Assembly (NCBI GenBank): GCA_002269645.1
Contig: NIVC01001727.1
Coordinates: forward strand, 12,383 to 76,382
Length of the DNA: 64,000 nucleotides
Direction: 5' to 3'
DNA from: Macrostomum lignano
Lineage: Eukaryota
A program made the translations under genes and the position numbers. The notes beneath the pieces were generated by a model. It was not told where the DNA came from. It was given only the letters and a program-made list of their open reading frames with translations, and ran no database searches. Of this stretch, positions 13,811 to 28,999 are shown piece by piece (the first letter of the stretch is position 1; every line of letters starts with the position of its first letter).

Positions 13811-16806
13811 GCCTCATGAAAAAATCATAGAAGCGTCATGTAAAAAATCATAGAAGCGTCATGTAAAAATCATAGAAGCGTCATGTAAAAATCATAGAAG
13901 CGTCATATAAAAAATCATAGAAGCGTCATATAAAAAATCATAGAAGCGTAATGTAAAATATCATAAAAGCGTCATGTAAAAATTATAAAAACATCATGTA
14001 AAAATCATAGAAGTGTCATGTAAACAATCATAGAAATGTCATACAAACAATCATAGAAGCCTCATAAAAAATCATAGAAGGGTCATGTAAACAATCAAAA
14101 GTGTCATATAAACAATCAAAGAAGTGTCATGTAACAAATCATAGAAGCGTAATGTAAAAATCATAGAAGCGTTATGTAAAGAATCATAGAAGCGTCATAA
14201 AAAGTCATAGAAGAGTCATGTAAACAATCAAAGAAGCGTCACGAAAATATCATAGAGGCGTCATGTAAAAATGATAGAAGCATCGTATAAAATATCATAT
14301 AAGTGTCATGTAAAAAATCATAGAAGCGTCATATAAAATATCATAGAAGTGTCATGTAAAAAATCATAGAAGCGTCATATAAAATATCATAGAAGTGTCA
14401 TGTAAAAATCATAGAAGTGTCATGTAAAAAATCATAGAAGCATCATGAAAAATATCATAGAAGCGTCATGTTAAAATCATAAAAGCGTAATGTAAAATAT
14501 CATAGAAGCGTCATGTAAAAATTATAGAAACGTCATGTAAACAATCAAAGAAGTGTCATGTAACAAATCATAGAAGCGTCATGTAAAAATCATAGAAGTG
14601 TTATGTAAAGAATCATAGAAGCGTCATAAAAAGTCATAGAAGAGTCATGTAAACAATCAAAGAAGCGTCATGAAAATATCATAGAAGCGTCATTTAAAAA
14701 TGATAGAAGCATCATATAAAATATCATATAAGCGTCATGTAAAAATCATAGAAGCGTCATGAAAAATATCATAGAAGCGTCATGTTAAAATCATAGAAGC
14801 ATAATGTAAAATATCATAGAAGCGTCATGTAAAAATTATAGAAACGTCATGTAAAAATCATAGAAGTGTCATGTAAACAATCATAGAAGTGTCATATAAA
14901 CAATCATAGAAGTGTCATGTAAACAATCATAGAAACGTCATACAAACAATCATAGAAGCATCATAAAAATTCATAGAAGCGTCATGTAAACAATCATAGA
15001 AGTGTCATGTAAACAATCATAGAAGTGTCATGTAAACAATCATAGAAGTGTCATGTAAACAATCATAGAAGTGTCATGTAAACAATCATAGAAATGTCAT
15101 GTAAAGAATCATAGAAGCGTCATAAAAAGTCATAGAAGCGTCATAAAAAGGCATAGAAGAGTCATGTAAACAATTATAGAAGCGTCATGGAAAATATCAT
15201 AAGAGCGTCATGTAAAAATCATAGAAGCTTCATGTAAAAATCATAGAAGCGTCATGTAAACAATCATAGAAGCATCATGTAAAAATCATAGAAGCATCAT
15301 TTAAAAATCATAGAAGTGTCATGTAAAAATCATAGAAGAGTCATGTAAACAATCATAGAAGCGTCATGTAAAAATCATAGAAACGTCATCAAAAAATTTT
15401 AGAAAAGTCATGTAAAAATCATAGAAGTGTCATGTAAACAATCAAAGAAGTGTCATGTAAAAAATCATAGAAGCGTAATGTAAAAATCATAGAAGCATTA
15501 TGTAGAGAATCATAGAAGCATCATAGAAAGTCATAGAAGAGTCATGTAAACAATCAAAGAAGCGTCAAGGAAAATATCATAGAAGCGTCATGTAAAAATC
15601 ATAGAAGCGTCATATAAAGTATCATAGAAGCGTCATGTAAAAATCGTAGAAGTGTCATGTAAACAATCATAGAAGTGTCATGTAAACAATCATAGAAACG
15701 TCATGTAAAGAATCATAGAAGCGTCATAAAAAGTCATAGAAGCGTTATAAAAAGTCATAGAAGAGTCATGTAAACAATTATAGAGCGTCATTGAAAATAT
15801 CATTGGAGCGTCATATAAAAATCATAGAAGCATCATGTAAAAATCATAGAAGCGTCATGTAAAAATCATAGAAGCGTCATGTAAAAATCATAGAAGCGTC
15901 ATGTAAAAATCATAGAAGCATCATAAAAATTCATAGAAGTGTCATGTAAACAATCATAGAAGTGTCATGTAAAATATCATAGAAGTGTCATGTAAACAAT
16001 CATAGAAACGTCATACAAACAATCATAGAAGCATCATGTAAAAATCATAGAAGCGTCATGTTGAAAATCATAGAAGCGTAATGTAAAATATCATAGAAGC
16101 GTCATGTAAAAATTATAGAAAAGTCTTGTAAAAATCATAGAAATGTCATGTAAACAATCATAGAAATGTCATACAAACAATCATAGAAGCCTCATAAAAT
16201 ATCATAGAAGCGTCATGTAAACAATCATAGAAGCGTCATATAAGCAATCATAGAAGCGTCATATAAACAATCAAAGAAGTGTCATGTAACTAATTATAGA
16301 AGCGTAATGTAAAAATCATAGAAGCGTTATGTAAAGAATCATAGAAGCGTCATAAAAAGTCATAGAAGAGTCATGTAAACAATCAAAGAAGTGTCATATA
16401 AAATATCATAAAAGCATCATGTAAAAAATCATAGAAGCATCATGTAAAATATCATAGAAGCGTCATATAAAAATCATAGAAGTGTCATGTAACAAATCAT
16501 AGAAGTGTTATGTAAAAATCATAGAAGCGTAATGTAAAATATCTTAGAAGCGTCATGTAAAAATTATAGAAACATCATGTAAAAATCATAGAAATGTCAT
16601 GTAAAAATCATAGAAGTGTCATGTAAACAATCATAGAAGAGTCATGTAAACAATCATAGAAGTGTCATGTAAACAATCAGAAGTCTCACATAAAAATCAT
16701 AGATCTCTCATGTAAAGAATCTTAGAAGTGTCATGAAAGAATTGTAGAGGCGTCATGGAATAATAAAAAAGTGTCAAGTCAAAAATAAAAGAAGCATCAT
16801 GTAAAA
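13811..16806 (+). repeat. Minisatellite array, about 22-bp unit (taaaaatcatagaagcgtcatg), roughly 130-140 diverged copies
   Basis: Direct inspection; the main variants are gcgtc, gtgtc and gcatc, with variable A-run length. Confidence 0.97.
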
Positions 16807-16987
16807 CTGTGCTGTGACCCTTGAGGAGAATTTCTCTGATATCAAGGCTCATGGAGAAAAACTGAGATTTCTAAGATGTCAATCTAAAAGCCAGAAGCTA
16901 CATGTAGTTTACTCAAACTTTTTATTACATTCTTTGTTGGCTTGCCATGGGACCCGCTGATAGAAGAAGCATCATGTAAAAAAAGAG

Positions 16988-17205
16988 GGGAATAGCTGAG
17001 ATGTCTAGACTTGCGACGGGAATAGCTGAGATGTCAATACTTGCGAGGGGAATAGCTGAGATGTCAAGACTTGCAAGGGGAATAGCTGAGATGTCAAGAC
17101 TTGCAAGGGGAATAGCTGAGATGTCAAGACTTGCGAGGGGAATAGCTGAAATGTCAAGACTTGTGAGGGGAATAGCCGAGATGCCAAGACTCACAAGGGA
17201 TTGCT
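16988..17205 (+). repeat. 30-bp tandem repeat, about 7 copies
   Basis: Unit gagatgtcaagacttgcaaggggaatagct; gives the repetitive ORFs 16925..17194 and 17001..17207. Confidence 0.95.
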
Positions 17206-18693
17206 GAGGTTATTGCAAAGAGAAACTGTAGTTTAAACATGTACAAGCATAGTTTATTCAAAATTAGAATAAAGCCTTGACAAAAAAGTGTCATGTCAGA
17301 CATAAAAGAAGTGTCATTTAAAAAACGTCACATGAAACTGTGTGCTATGACTCTTGGGGAGAATTACTATTGATGTCAAAGCTTACAGGGGAATAGCTGC
17401 GATGTCAAGGCTCATGGGGGAATAACTGAGATGTTAAAGCTAAAGTCAGAAGCTAACATGTAGTTTATTCAAAACTTTTATTACATTTTTTGTTGGCTCC
17501 TCACAGGGGGGTGCGTCACTAATAGAAAAAGCGTCATGTAAAAATAAAAGAAGCATCATGTCTAAGTTAAGAGATTCATTTGGATATCCCTACAATATCG
17601 AGGCTTGCAGGGAATCGCTATAATGCTGTAGTGCTATAATAACTCTTGGGGAGAATTACTGAACTGTCAATGCATTAGGGTTAGGGTTAAGGTAGAAGGT
17701 TAACAGATTTTTTAAGATTTCAAGGCTTATGGGGGGAATTGCTGAGATGTCAAGGCTTACAAGGGACTGCTGAGGTATTGCAAAGAGATGCTATATGTAG
17801 TTTATTAAAAAACTTGTATTGCATTTTTTGGCTCCCCAACGGGGGCGCTGATTGCTAGTCTATATCTATGTCTTCAAGAGTGTAATTGGTTGCTTGGCAT
17901 TGGCTCTACTGTGATATGAATTTTACTGTTAAGTATGGCAAAACTGAAATATTATATTATGGCTGTAGCCTTTAGGCCAAAACATTAGATATTTTGTCAA
18001 AGTAATAGGTACCAGTTTACTTTTACTTTAGTTATTAAAATGGTAGGTCTTATTGTTATAGAGACTATAAATATTGGAATGGTTTTTTTATTTTTTGTAA
18101 ACAATATCTAAAGCAAATATAAATTTATACTTGGCCCTATGCCTTATATAAATTAATTAGGCCTAACAAACTTGCAATACAAATAAAAAGGTATTAAATA
18201 ATTAATTAATTAAATTTCAATTTATTGTTTCATATTATGAATCTTACTTTTCCATTTAAAAATGTCTTCATTTCTTAAATTTGGTTACAAAAAAGTAGGA
18301 ATTTTTTAATTACTATAAAGTGCTATTTGTATGTTTTTTCTATGGTTTTTTACATTACAGTCTGTGATAATTTCTTGTCAAAAGGTTGGTCTTTTAAATA
18401 CCTATAGTCTAGATCATGGGATGGCAGGTGTATGTCAGAATGAAGGTTGAAGTTTTTTATGCCAATGTAAAATAAAAGTTTTTATGCCCAACAAAGTTGC
18501 TTGTACATATGTAACTTTTTTAGAGAATATATTTTTTATACTTTTATATTTAATAATTTTGTTAAAAGTCAAAACATTTAACTTGTAAAAAACATAGAAG
18601 TTTTTGGGGTTCCTGCATTTTTTCAAACAAGGAAAAGGCTAAATCCATACATACCCAACACCTGGTGGCAAGAAGTCTGGCCAATAAGGGTAA

Positions 18694-21834
<3,141 letters not shown>

Positions 21835-23239
21835 TAAGGGTAAACACTAAAATGAAATCTAATTTGAATCTGTTTGAATATAATGTGTTTATATTAATGT
21901 CTAGAAATCATGCTATATTCAAAATATTGGTATCTAACCTAGAGCTCTTTAGTTTCTTTTTTATATCTCAGATGCTTGGAACTTTTTAAATTGAGATTTA
22001 ATTGAAAAGCTTGATTATGAGTAGTGCTCATGCATTTGTGTATGTTACATGGCCAAAGCAGGTTATTACCTCAAGAAAATCAAGGATGTATTATTCAAAG
22101 CCAAACTAGACAATTCACTTTCATGAAGAGATAAATCCATGTACTAATCTAGCAAGTAAAAGATAGATTTGATGCAAAACACTAATGGCAGTTGAATTCA
22201 ATTATATTAGTTTTCTAGTCAAGTGACAATAATTTCTAACTTAAGTTCAATATTGTCCTATATATAAATTTTAGTTAATCTACCAAAATGACCAAGTCAA
22301 GTGTAAATAGTGGTTGCATAAGTCACTAAGCTAGAATGTTTGTCATGCAAAAAGTATATCTGGTAAGATAGCTCACTTGGCAAGTAGTAAGAAAAGGAAA
22401 CAAAAAAATCAACATATGTTTAATGAATGATGCATTTTAATGAGTTGGTTCTAAATAAATATATATAATATCTGTGTAAATTGAATTGATAACTTATATA
22501 TATATATGATTTTAGTCCAGAATTTAGCATATTAGATAGAAAGACAAGGTCTAAGGATAGGTAGTTTAGATTGCAACCAACTACCCAGAATGTGCAGCAA
22601 TTGCCCCCCTCTTAGAACATGCAGAGAATTTGACCAGTGCCACCATGTTGAAGTTAAGTGTTAAGGCTAGGGGACAGATTTAATATATAGTGCTTCATGA
22701 CTTGTATTGCTAGCTATGTTGGGCAGTAGTTAGTTGTGAAATTTTGTATTATGTAACCTATCGAACATTCTATCTTTATTGCTGACAAGTCAATGGCTAT
22801 GCATGCTCTTTCTCTGTCACTGACATGTCACTGCATTAGTGCGAGCTGCATTGGTGTATATATGTATATACAATTGAGCTTCAGTTTATGCTCCTAAAGT
22901 GGTATTTTCATTGCCAAATAGTTGAGTCTGTAAAAGTAAATATTTGATTGTAAAATTTCTGACTTATGCTAGCTGTATTTGGACCCAGAGATATTGCTGC
23001 AGAGTTTAGATATTTTAATTTAGCTACTAGTCATTATACTACTATGTACTTATCGATAACTCAGTAGTATGATACTGACACAACTCAATTTTTTAACTAA
23101 ACCAATTTTACTAAATTGGTATTCCAGCTCAAGCGAGGCGCCACTCCGTCTCACTGCTTGTCAGGAGGCAGTCTGTTTGGCGCCTACTAATTATCTGCAT
23201 ACAATCCCACACACACACTATCCAATCAAAACACGCACT

Positions 23240-24704
23240 ATGCAATCAGCTGTCAGTGCTGAGCAGTTGGCTATAGACGAACCGGCAACTCCTATAGAAG
23301 ACGCAGACTTGCCCAGCAGTGAAGAGTCTGTGGATAATGCCGATCCAGCTGCTAAAGATGTAGATGAAGATGCCAATGAGGAGCATGAGGACACTGACAA
23401 TGCTGCTGATGCTGATGAGTGCAAAGAGTCGCCCGAATGGCAGGTGAAAGCCTGTCCAGATTTTGCGGCAGCTTGCTCATTCCTTGGCCAGTTCGGATCG
23501 GACCTGGGCGTGACGCTGACCTTCGCCCAGCTGGCGAAATGCGCGCTGTCGGGTCAGAATCCACAGTCCAAGCACCATCACTCGTCGCCCAGTAAAAGCT
23601 GGATTAATTTGCACGTTCGTTTATTAAATCGTTTGCGCTATTGCGTCAAAGAGGACAAATGGGAGAATGGCTTGCGCAAATTTTGCTCAGCAGTTGATGC
23701 GGATACAGCGTCAGCCACCGCGGTTGCCTCAGCTCTTGGCGTTGTTGACGCAGCCGCCGCGGCGACAACGCCGCTGATGCTGTTGCTGGAGCCGGGCGGC
23801 TACGCCAGTCTGGGCTATGCGGAACGGCTGCGCATCTTTCGCAGCCTGTTGGAGTGCCAGTTTGATAGAAATGTCAAGCTGAAAGCCAGAACTAACGCTA
23901 TTAAAGCGGAGGAGCTCAGGCAGAAACCCATTGGCCAAGACATGGCCGGCTGTCAGTACTGGCTGCTCACCGACTCCGAGTACAGCGTGCTGCTCTATAA
24001 AGAGGATTCCGAAGCTGACGACTCCGCTAGGCTGACTCTGGAAGCTGACAGTGTGGAAGCTATTCGACAGTTGTTGGTTCAGCTGCGATCTTGGACCGAT
24101 CCGCGAGCTGTGCTGGACACTCTGAGAGCGTCGGCCTTGTCTGCCGCTCTCATCAGTGGCAGCGGCAGCAGCGGCAGCAGCAGCAAAGATGCCACGCCAC
24201 CGCCGCAACCGCCACCAAAAGAGAATGGCGCAGCCGTGAGCAAACTTGAGACCGTGCCGGAGGATGTTAAAGAAGAGGAAGCTAAGCTGGAGCCTGAGCC
24301 AGAAACAGCTGAGCCCGTTGCTAACCAAGCCAAGCCTGAACCGGTTAAGTCTGAAGACAATAACGAAGAGAAGGTCGACGTGAAACTTGAAGAAGAAAAT
24401 ATCAAAGCGGAAGAAGAATTGTCAACTCCAGTTAACAAGGGTCGCAAATGCAAAGCGGATTTATCTGTGGCTGATGAGGCCGAGCAGCCAGCTGCCGCCA
24501 CTGACGATAGCGGGCTTCGTCGATCGTCGCGCGTGCGCAAGCAGGTGACGCCGTTTGTCATCCAGCAGGAGCCGGCCAGCGCTAAGAAGCGAGGCAAACT
24601 GGCAACCGCTGACAGCGGCGAAGATCAAGGCGACAGTGAGAAGACGGCTTCGCCAACTGCCAAAGCTTCTGCTAAACGGCAGAAACAGCAGCGAAAGTCC
24701 GACG
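23240..24704 (+). CDS. RSF1: Remodeling and spacing factor 1, coding exon 1 (DDT/WHIM-like region)
   Basis: CPDFAAACSFLGQFG...LHVRLL...KWENGLRKFC...LRIFRSLLECQFDRNVKLK...LRQKPIGQDMAGCQYW matches the RSF1 N-terminus. Donor GACG|gtacga. The start at 23240 (MQSAV) is inferred. Full CDS join(23240..24704,25013..25329,26418..26759,27217..27431,28274..28999,29381..31091) is 4776 nt, in frame, 1591 aa. Confidence 0.88.
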
Positions 24705-25012
24705 GTACGAGCTACTGAATGTGTCTGTTTTTGTAGATTTCTAATATTCTATTTTATTCAATCAGTGTAGCTTGAACTCAATTTGTAGCTTGAAACCCGT
24801 CATTCGTTTCACAAAGTCGCATTTGTCTGGGGTCTCTTATTTCATATTTTACCTGTGTTACCTGCAGCAGATTTTGGGCGCTACTTGGCCCAGGTACCGT
24901 TTTCAACGGGGAAGTTTTGAGGTCATGCAATTTGGAGCTTGTGCAATCATTATACTCTACTTCATAAGTAGTGCAGTACGCATATTTATACCATTTTCTC
25001 ACCCTTCAACAG

Positions 25013-25329
25013 ACAAGGCGCGCAAGCTCAAACTAGCCGCCAAGTCGCCGAGCAAAGCTAATAAAAAGCTCGCTAAAAAGCGGGCCAATAAGAAATTGGC
25101 CAAAGCCGCCGCCCACAAGAAGGCTAACGGTGTCGGCGTTGGCGCTAAAAAGCGACGCGGCGGCAATCCGTGGGAGCGCGGCGCCAGCAGCTCGGAGGAG
25201 GACGAAGAAGCCGAGGCGGATTTTATTCAGGCTTTGGACGCGGCCGATGAAGAGGAGGACGATGAAGGCGCGGATGCTGGAGCCATGTCTGACGACAGCT
25301 GGACTGACAGGCCAGAGTCCGACTTTGAG
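25013..25329 (+). CDS. RSF1: RSF1 coding exon 2 (basic then acidic low-complexity segment)
   Basis: Acceptor ccttcaacag|AC is phase-compatible with exon 1; donor TTTGAG|gtagct; translation DKARKLKLAAK...SDFE. Confidence 0.85.
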
Positions 25330-25502
25330 GTAGCTTTTTTGCTTGAAGTGTGAATCACTTGTATCCTGACTCTCAAGTCCTGAAGTTAGAAATCCAGATC
25401 TTCTTGCATATCCAAAGTGGGATTTCTACCGCAATCCCCAAGTAGGGAGTCCTCTAATCCTCAATTTGGGTTTTTCCCAGATACCCAAGTTATGGATTTC
25501 CA

Positions 25503-26101
25503 CTCAAATCCTCAGATTGGGATTCCTGCTCAAATCCTCAGATAGGGGTTCCTGCTCAAATCCTCAGATTGGGATTCCTGCTCAAATCCTCAGATTGGGA
25601 TTCCTGCTCAAATCCTCAGATTGGGATTCCTGCTCAAATCCTCAGATTGGGATTCCTGCTCAAATCCTCAGATTGGGATTCCTGCTCAAATCCTCAGATT
25701 GGGATTCCTGCTCAAATCCTCAGATTGGGATTCCTGCTCAAATCCTCAGATAGGGGTTCCTGCTCAAATCCTCAGATTGGAATTCCTGCTCAAATCCTCA
25801 GATTGGAATTCCTGCTCAAATCCTCAGATTGGGATTCCTGCTCAAATCCTCAGATTGGGATTCCTGCTCAAATCCTCAGATTGGGATTCCTGCTCAAATC
25901 CTCAGATTGGGATTCCTGCTCAAATCCTCAGATTGGGATTCCTGCTCAAATCCTCAGATTGGGATTCCTGCTCAAATCCTCAGATTGGGATTCCTGCTCA
26001 AATCCTCAGATTGGGATTCCTGCTCAAATCCTCAGATTGGGATTCCTGCTCAAATCCTCAGATTGGGATTCCTGCTCAAATCCTCAGATTGGGATTCCTG
26101 C
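25503..26101 (+). repeat. 26-bp minisatellite, about 23 copies (RSF1 intron 2)
   Basis: Unit gggattcctgctcaaatcctcagatt, near-perfect. Confidence 0.97.
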
Positions 26102-26105
26102 TATA

Positions 26106-26337
26106 TGGACGCCGGTGGCTGCAATTGTGGGATTTTTTGCTGATGTAGCTTGAAATCTCATTTATGTAGATAGAAATCCCAAGTATCCCATTGATGTAGC
26201 CTGACATCCCAAATATCCCACTGATGTAGCTTGAAATCCCAAATATCCCATTGATGTAGCTTGAAATCCCAAATCCCATAGATGTAGTCTGACATCTCAA
26301 AAATCCCATTGATGTAGCTTTAAATCCCAAATATCCC
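26106..26337 (-). repeat. Inverted copy of the RSF1 intron 4 end, acceptor and first 13 nt of exon 5, located in intron 2
   Basis: tggacgccggtggctgcaattgtgggattttttgctgatgtagcttgaaatc (from 26106) is the exact reverse complement of the stretch ending at 28286; similarity continues through several 30-bp units. Confidence 0.95.
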
Positions 26338-26417
26338 TAGAGTTTTATTAAACTCGTTCATCTTTGATTTAAAGCTGGTTAAAACTATGCGATCCCAACT
26401 GCTCTCCCTCGCCAAAG

Positions 26418-26759
26418 GACGCGGCCCTGTCCGAGTCGGACTCAGAACACGAGTGCCGCGGTCGGAACTATCTCCGTCAGCGCAAACGCCAGCAACAGCT
26501 GCTGGCCGAGGCGGCCGCCGGCCCGCCTTGTCCCTGCGTCCGCTGCGGCAAAGAAGACCTGCCGGAGTGGCTGCTGTTGTGCGATAGTTGCGATGTAGCT
26601 TGGCACGCCATGTGCTTGAGGCCTCCGCTGTTTCTCATACCTACTGGCGATTGGTTCTGCCCCGTTTGTCAGCATAAGAGCCTCTGCGACGCTTTAGAAA
26701 GCAAAGTGACGGAGTTGGAGCAGCAGCAGAAGCAGCGCGTTGCTAAACAGAGGATGCAG
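26418..26759 (+). CDS. RSF1: RSF1 coding exon 3 (PHD finger)
   Basis: Acceptor ctcgccaaag|GAC; CVRCGKEDLPEWLLLCDSCDVAWHAMCLRPPLFLIPTGDWFCPVCQHKSL is a C4HC3 PHD finger; donor ATGCAG|gtaaat. Confidence 0.92.
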
Positions 26760-26784
26760 GTAAATTTCTGCTTTCTGTAGTTTT

Positions 26785-27095
26785 CTTTCGATACATATCG
26801 GCAGAAAATTGGTTTAGTTGCTCCCATCTCATCTCGGTTTGATTTTATTTGTTTTTCGATGCATATCGGCAGTAAATTTGTTTAGTTGCTCCCATCTCGG
26901 TTTGATTTTATTTGTTTTTCGATGCATATCGGCAGTAAATTTGTTTAGTTGCTCCCATCTCGGTTTGATTTTATTTGTTTTTCGATGCATATCGGCAGTA
27001 AATTTGTTTAGTTGCTCCCATCTCGGTTTGATTCTATTTGGTTTTTTCGATACATATCGGCAGTAAATTGGTTTAGCCGCTCCCATCTCGGTTTG
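26785..27095 (+). repeat. 63-bp tandem repeat, about 5 copies (RSF1 intron 3)
   Basis: Unit gctcccatctcggtttgattttatttgtttttcgatgcatatcggcagtaaatttgtttagtt. Confidence 0.93.
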
Positions 27096-27216
27096 ATTCT
27101 TTTTGCTTTTTGTTAGCAAGAAATCAGATTTAATTTGGCTCTGGTGCATCGGGTAGATTTTTTATTCGTATTTCGATACATATCGGCATTGTCAAAAATA
27201 TCTGCTAACTCAACAG

Positions 27217-27431
27217 GAGCGTCTCAGCTACGTCAGCATCTCAGTTGGCAACATCATTGAGAGCTCGCGGGCCGGGCGCGCAGGCGGCGGCTTCGCTCAC
27301 TACACCGAGGGCGGCTCCGATATTGAGGGCGCGTCCGACTCCCGGTCCGGTTCCGGTAGTTTCGGCTCTTCCGGTAGCGGAAGTGGCTCGGGTTCCGGTA
27401 GTAGCGAAGAGGAATCTTCGGACGAAGAGGC
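27217..27431 (+). CDS. RSF1: RSF1 coding exon 4
   Basis: Acceptor aactcaacag|GAG; ERLSYVSISVGNII resembles the conserved RSF1 motif after the PHD finger; donor GAGGC|gtaagt (phase 2). Confidence 0.9.
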
Positions 27432-27589
27432 GTAAGTTACTCAGTGCTTTTTTTAGAGTTTGAGGATAATTGGGATTTTGAATCCAAATTATTATAATTT
27501 TGGGACTTGAACTTTCTCCATTGCATACCGGTATTGTGAGCGTTCAAAGCTTTCTCGATGGAATATTTACGATTTCGGACTTCGATACG

Positions 27590-28250
27590 ACATATGGGAT
27601 TTCCATCTACGTCAATGGGATATTTTGGATTTCTATCTACGTCAATGGGATGTTTGGGATTTCTATCAACGTCAATGGGATATTTGAGATGTCAGGCTAC
27701 ATAAATGGGATATTTGGGATATCAGGCTGCATCAATGGGATTTGGGATTTCAAGCTACCTCAATGGGATTTGGGATTTCAAGCTACATCAATGGGATATT
27801 TGGGATTTCAAGCTACATCAGTTGGATATTTGGGATGTCAGACTACATCAATGGGATATTTGGGATGTCAGACTACATCTATGGGATTTGGGATTTCAAC
27901 CTACATCAATGTGATATTTGGGATGTCAGACTACATCTATGGGATTTGGGATTTCAAGCTACATCAATGGGATATTTGGGATGTCAGACTACATCAATGG
28001 GATTTGGGATTTCAAGCTACATCAATGGGATATTTGGGATGTCGGACTACATCTATGGGATTTGGGATTTCAAGCTACATCAATGGGATATTTGGGATTT
28101 CAAGCTACATCAATGGGATATTTGGGATGTCAGACTAAATCTATGGGATTTGGGATTTCAAGCTACATCAGTGGGATATTTGGGATGTCAGGCTACATCA
28201 GTGGGATATTTGGGATTTCTATCTACATAAATGGGATTTCAAGCTACATC
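27590..28250 (+). repeat. About 30-bp minisatellite (RSF1 intron 4)
   Basis: Unit atgggatatttgggatttcaagctacatca and variants; ends about 20 nt before the acceptor. Confidence 0.95.
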
Positions 28251-28273
28251 AGCAAAAAATCCCACAATTGCAG

Positions 28274-28999
28274 CCACCGGCGTCCAACCCGCCAGTCGGC
28301 CCGCACAGCCAACGTGAACTACCGTTTCGAAAACTACGACGCCATGATTAAAGAGGCCATCGAAGAGGACGACAAGTACCGCCTAGTCAAGGAGAACCCG
28401 GAGGCGGCAGCCGAAGCGGCAGCCGAGGCCCGGCGAGCCCGCAAGCGGCCTGGAGGCGGCAAAGACATGGAGAGCATCCTGGGCCCCGACTGGGACAAGA
28501 AGAAGCCGCCGTCGGCTGTTGAGGAGCCGCAGCCCAGCGCCAAGCCGGCAGCCGCGGATGCCCAGGAAGTCGCCACCGAAGACAGCCAAGAAGACGCAGC
28601 GGAAGCTGCTACAGCGGCGTCAAACGAAGAAGGCGACAATGACGGCGAGGAAAGCGACGTCGAAGGCGAGGGCGGCCGACCTGCACCGCCGGCTGCCACG
28701 GCGGCGGCCAAGCGGAAGCGGAAGCGCCTGGCCAAGCTGGGCGACACGGACAGCGAGGCCAACTCGGACGCTGACGAGCACCCGTCCGATGACGATTTCA
28801 AGCCGCCAAGCTCGGCCGACACCGACGAAGATGACGACGATGAAGCTGGACGAGGCCGAGGCAACTCGTCCGATGACTCGTACAGCGGCGCCGAGTCCGA
28901 GGAGTTGAGCAGCGACGCGAGCTGGAGGCCGTCTGGCTTGGCCATCAGTTCGCGTCGGCAGTCGTCCAGGCTGAGAGCGGCGGCGGCGGCATCGTCAAG
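28274..28999 (+). CDS. RSF1: RSF1 coding exon 5
   Basis: Acceptor acaattgcag|C (phase 2); RPTRQSARTANVNYRFENYDAMIKEAIEEDD resembles the RSF1 YRFDEFDEAIDEAIEDD motif; donor TCAAG|gtgaga. Confidence 0.9.

Larger units (their letters stand above)
13172..17858 (+). mobile_element. Non-autonomous Helitron-like element 2 carrying a 3-kb satellite
   Basis: A|TCttccatatactaaaaatgaaaatc...gcttgtatgcttgtatgt...atctcctgaatggcttgaccgattttctttgaacttg is a characteristic Helitron-type 5' region. The 3' end has hairpin ccccaacgggg followed by gattgCTAG|T at 17855-17859. No TSD. Confidence 0.7.

Noticed and set aside
13811-16806. CRISPR-like periodicity here and in other arrays (9517-9664, 44410-44915, 57362-58085)
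   Set aside because: Units are head-to-tail with no unique spacers, there are no cas genes, and the DNA is eukaryotic.
17675-17692. TTAGGG telomere-like repeats
   Set aside because: Only two perfect units inside a repeat element; too short to indicate an interstitial telomere.
23069-23239. N-terminal 57-aa extension of RSF1 in the ORF track
   Set aside because: AT-rich, crosses a good acceptor at 23127 and shows no similarity to RSF1; more likely intron or UTR.
25466-28230. Repetitive ORFs within RSF1 introns
   Set aside because: Products of 26-, 63- and 30-bp minisatellites; the phase-consistent RSF1 splice model excludes them.
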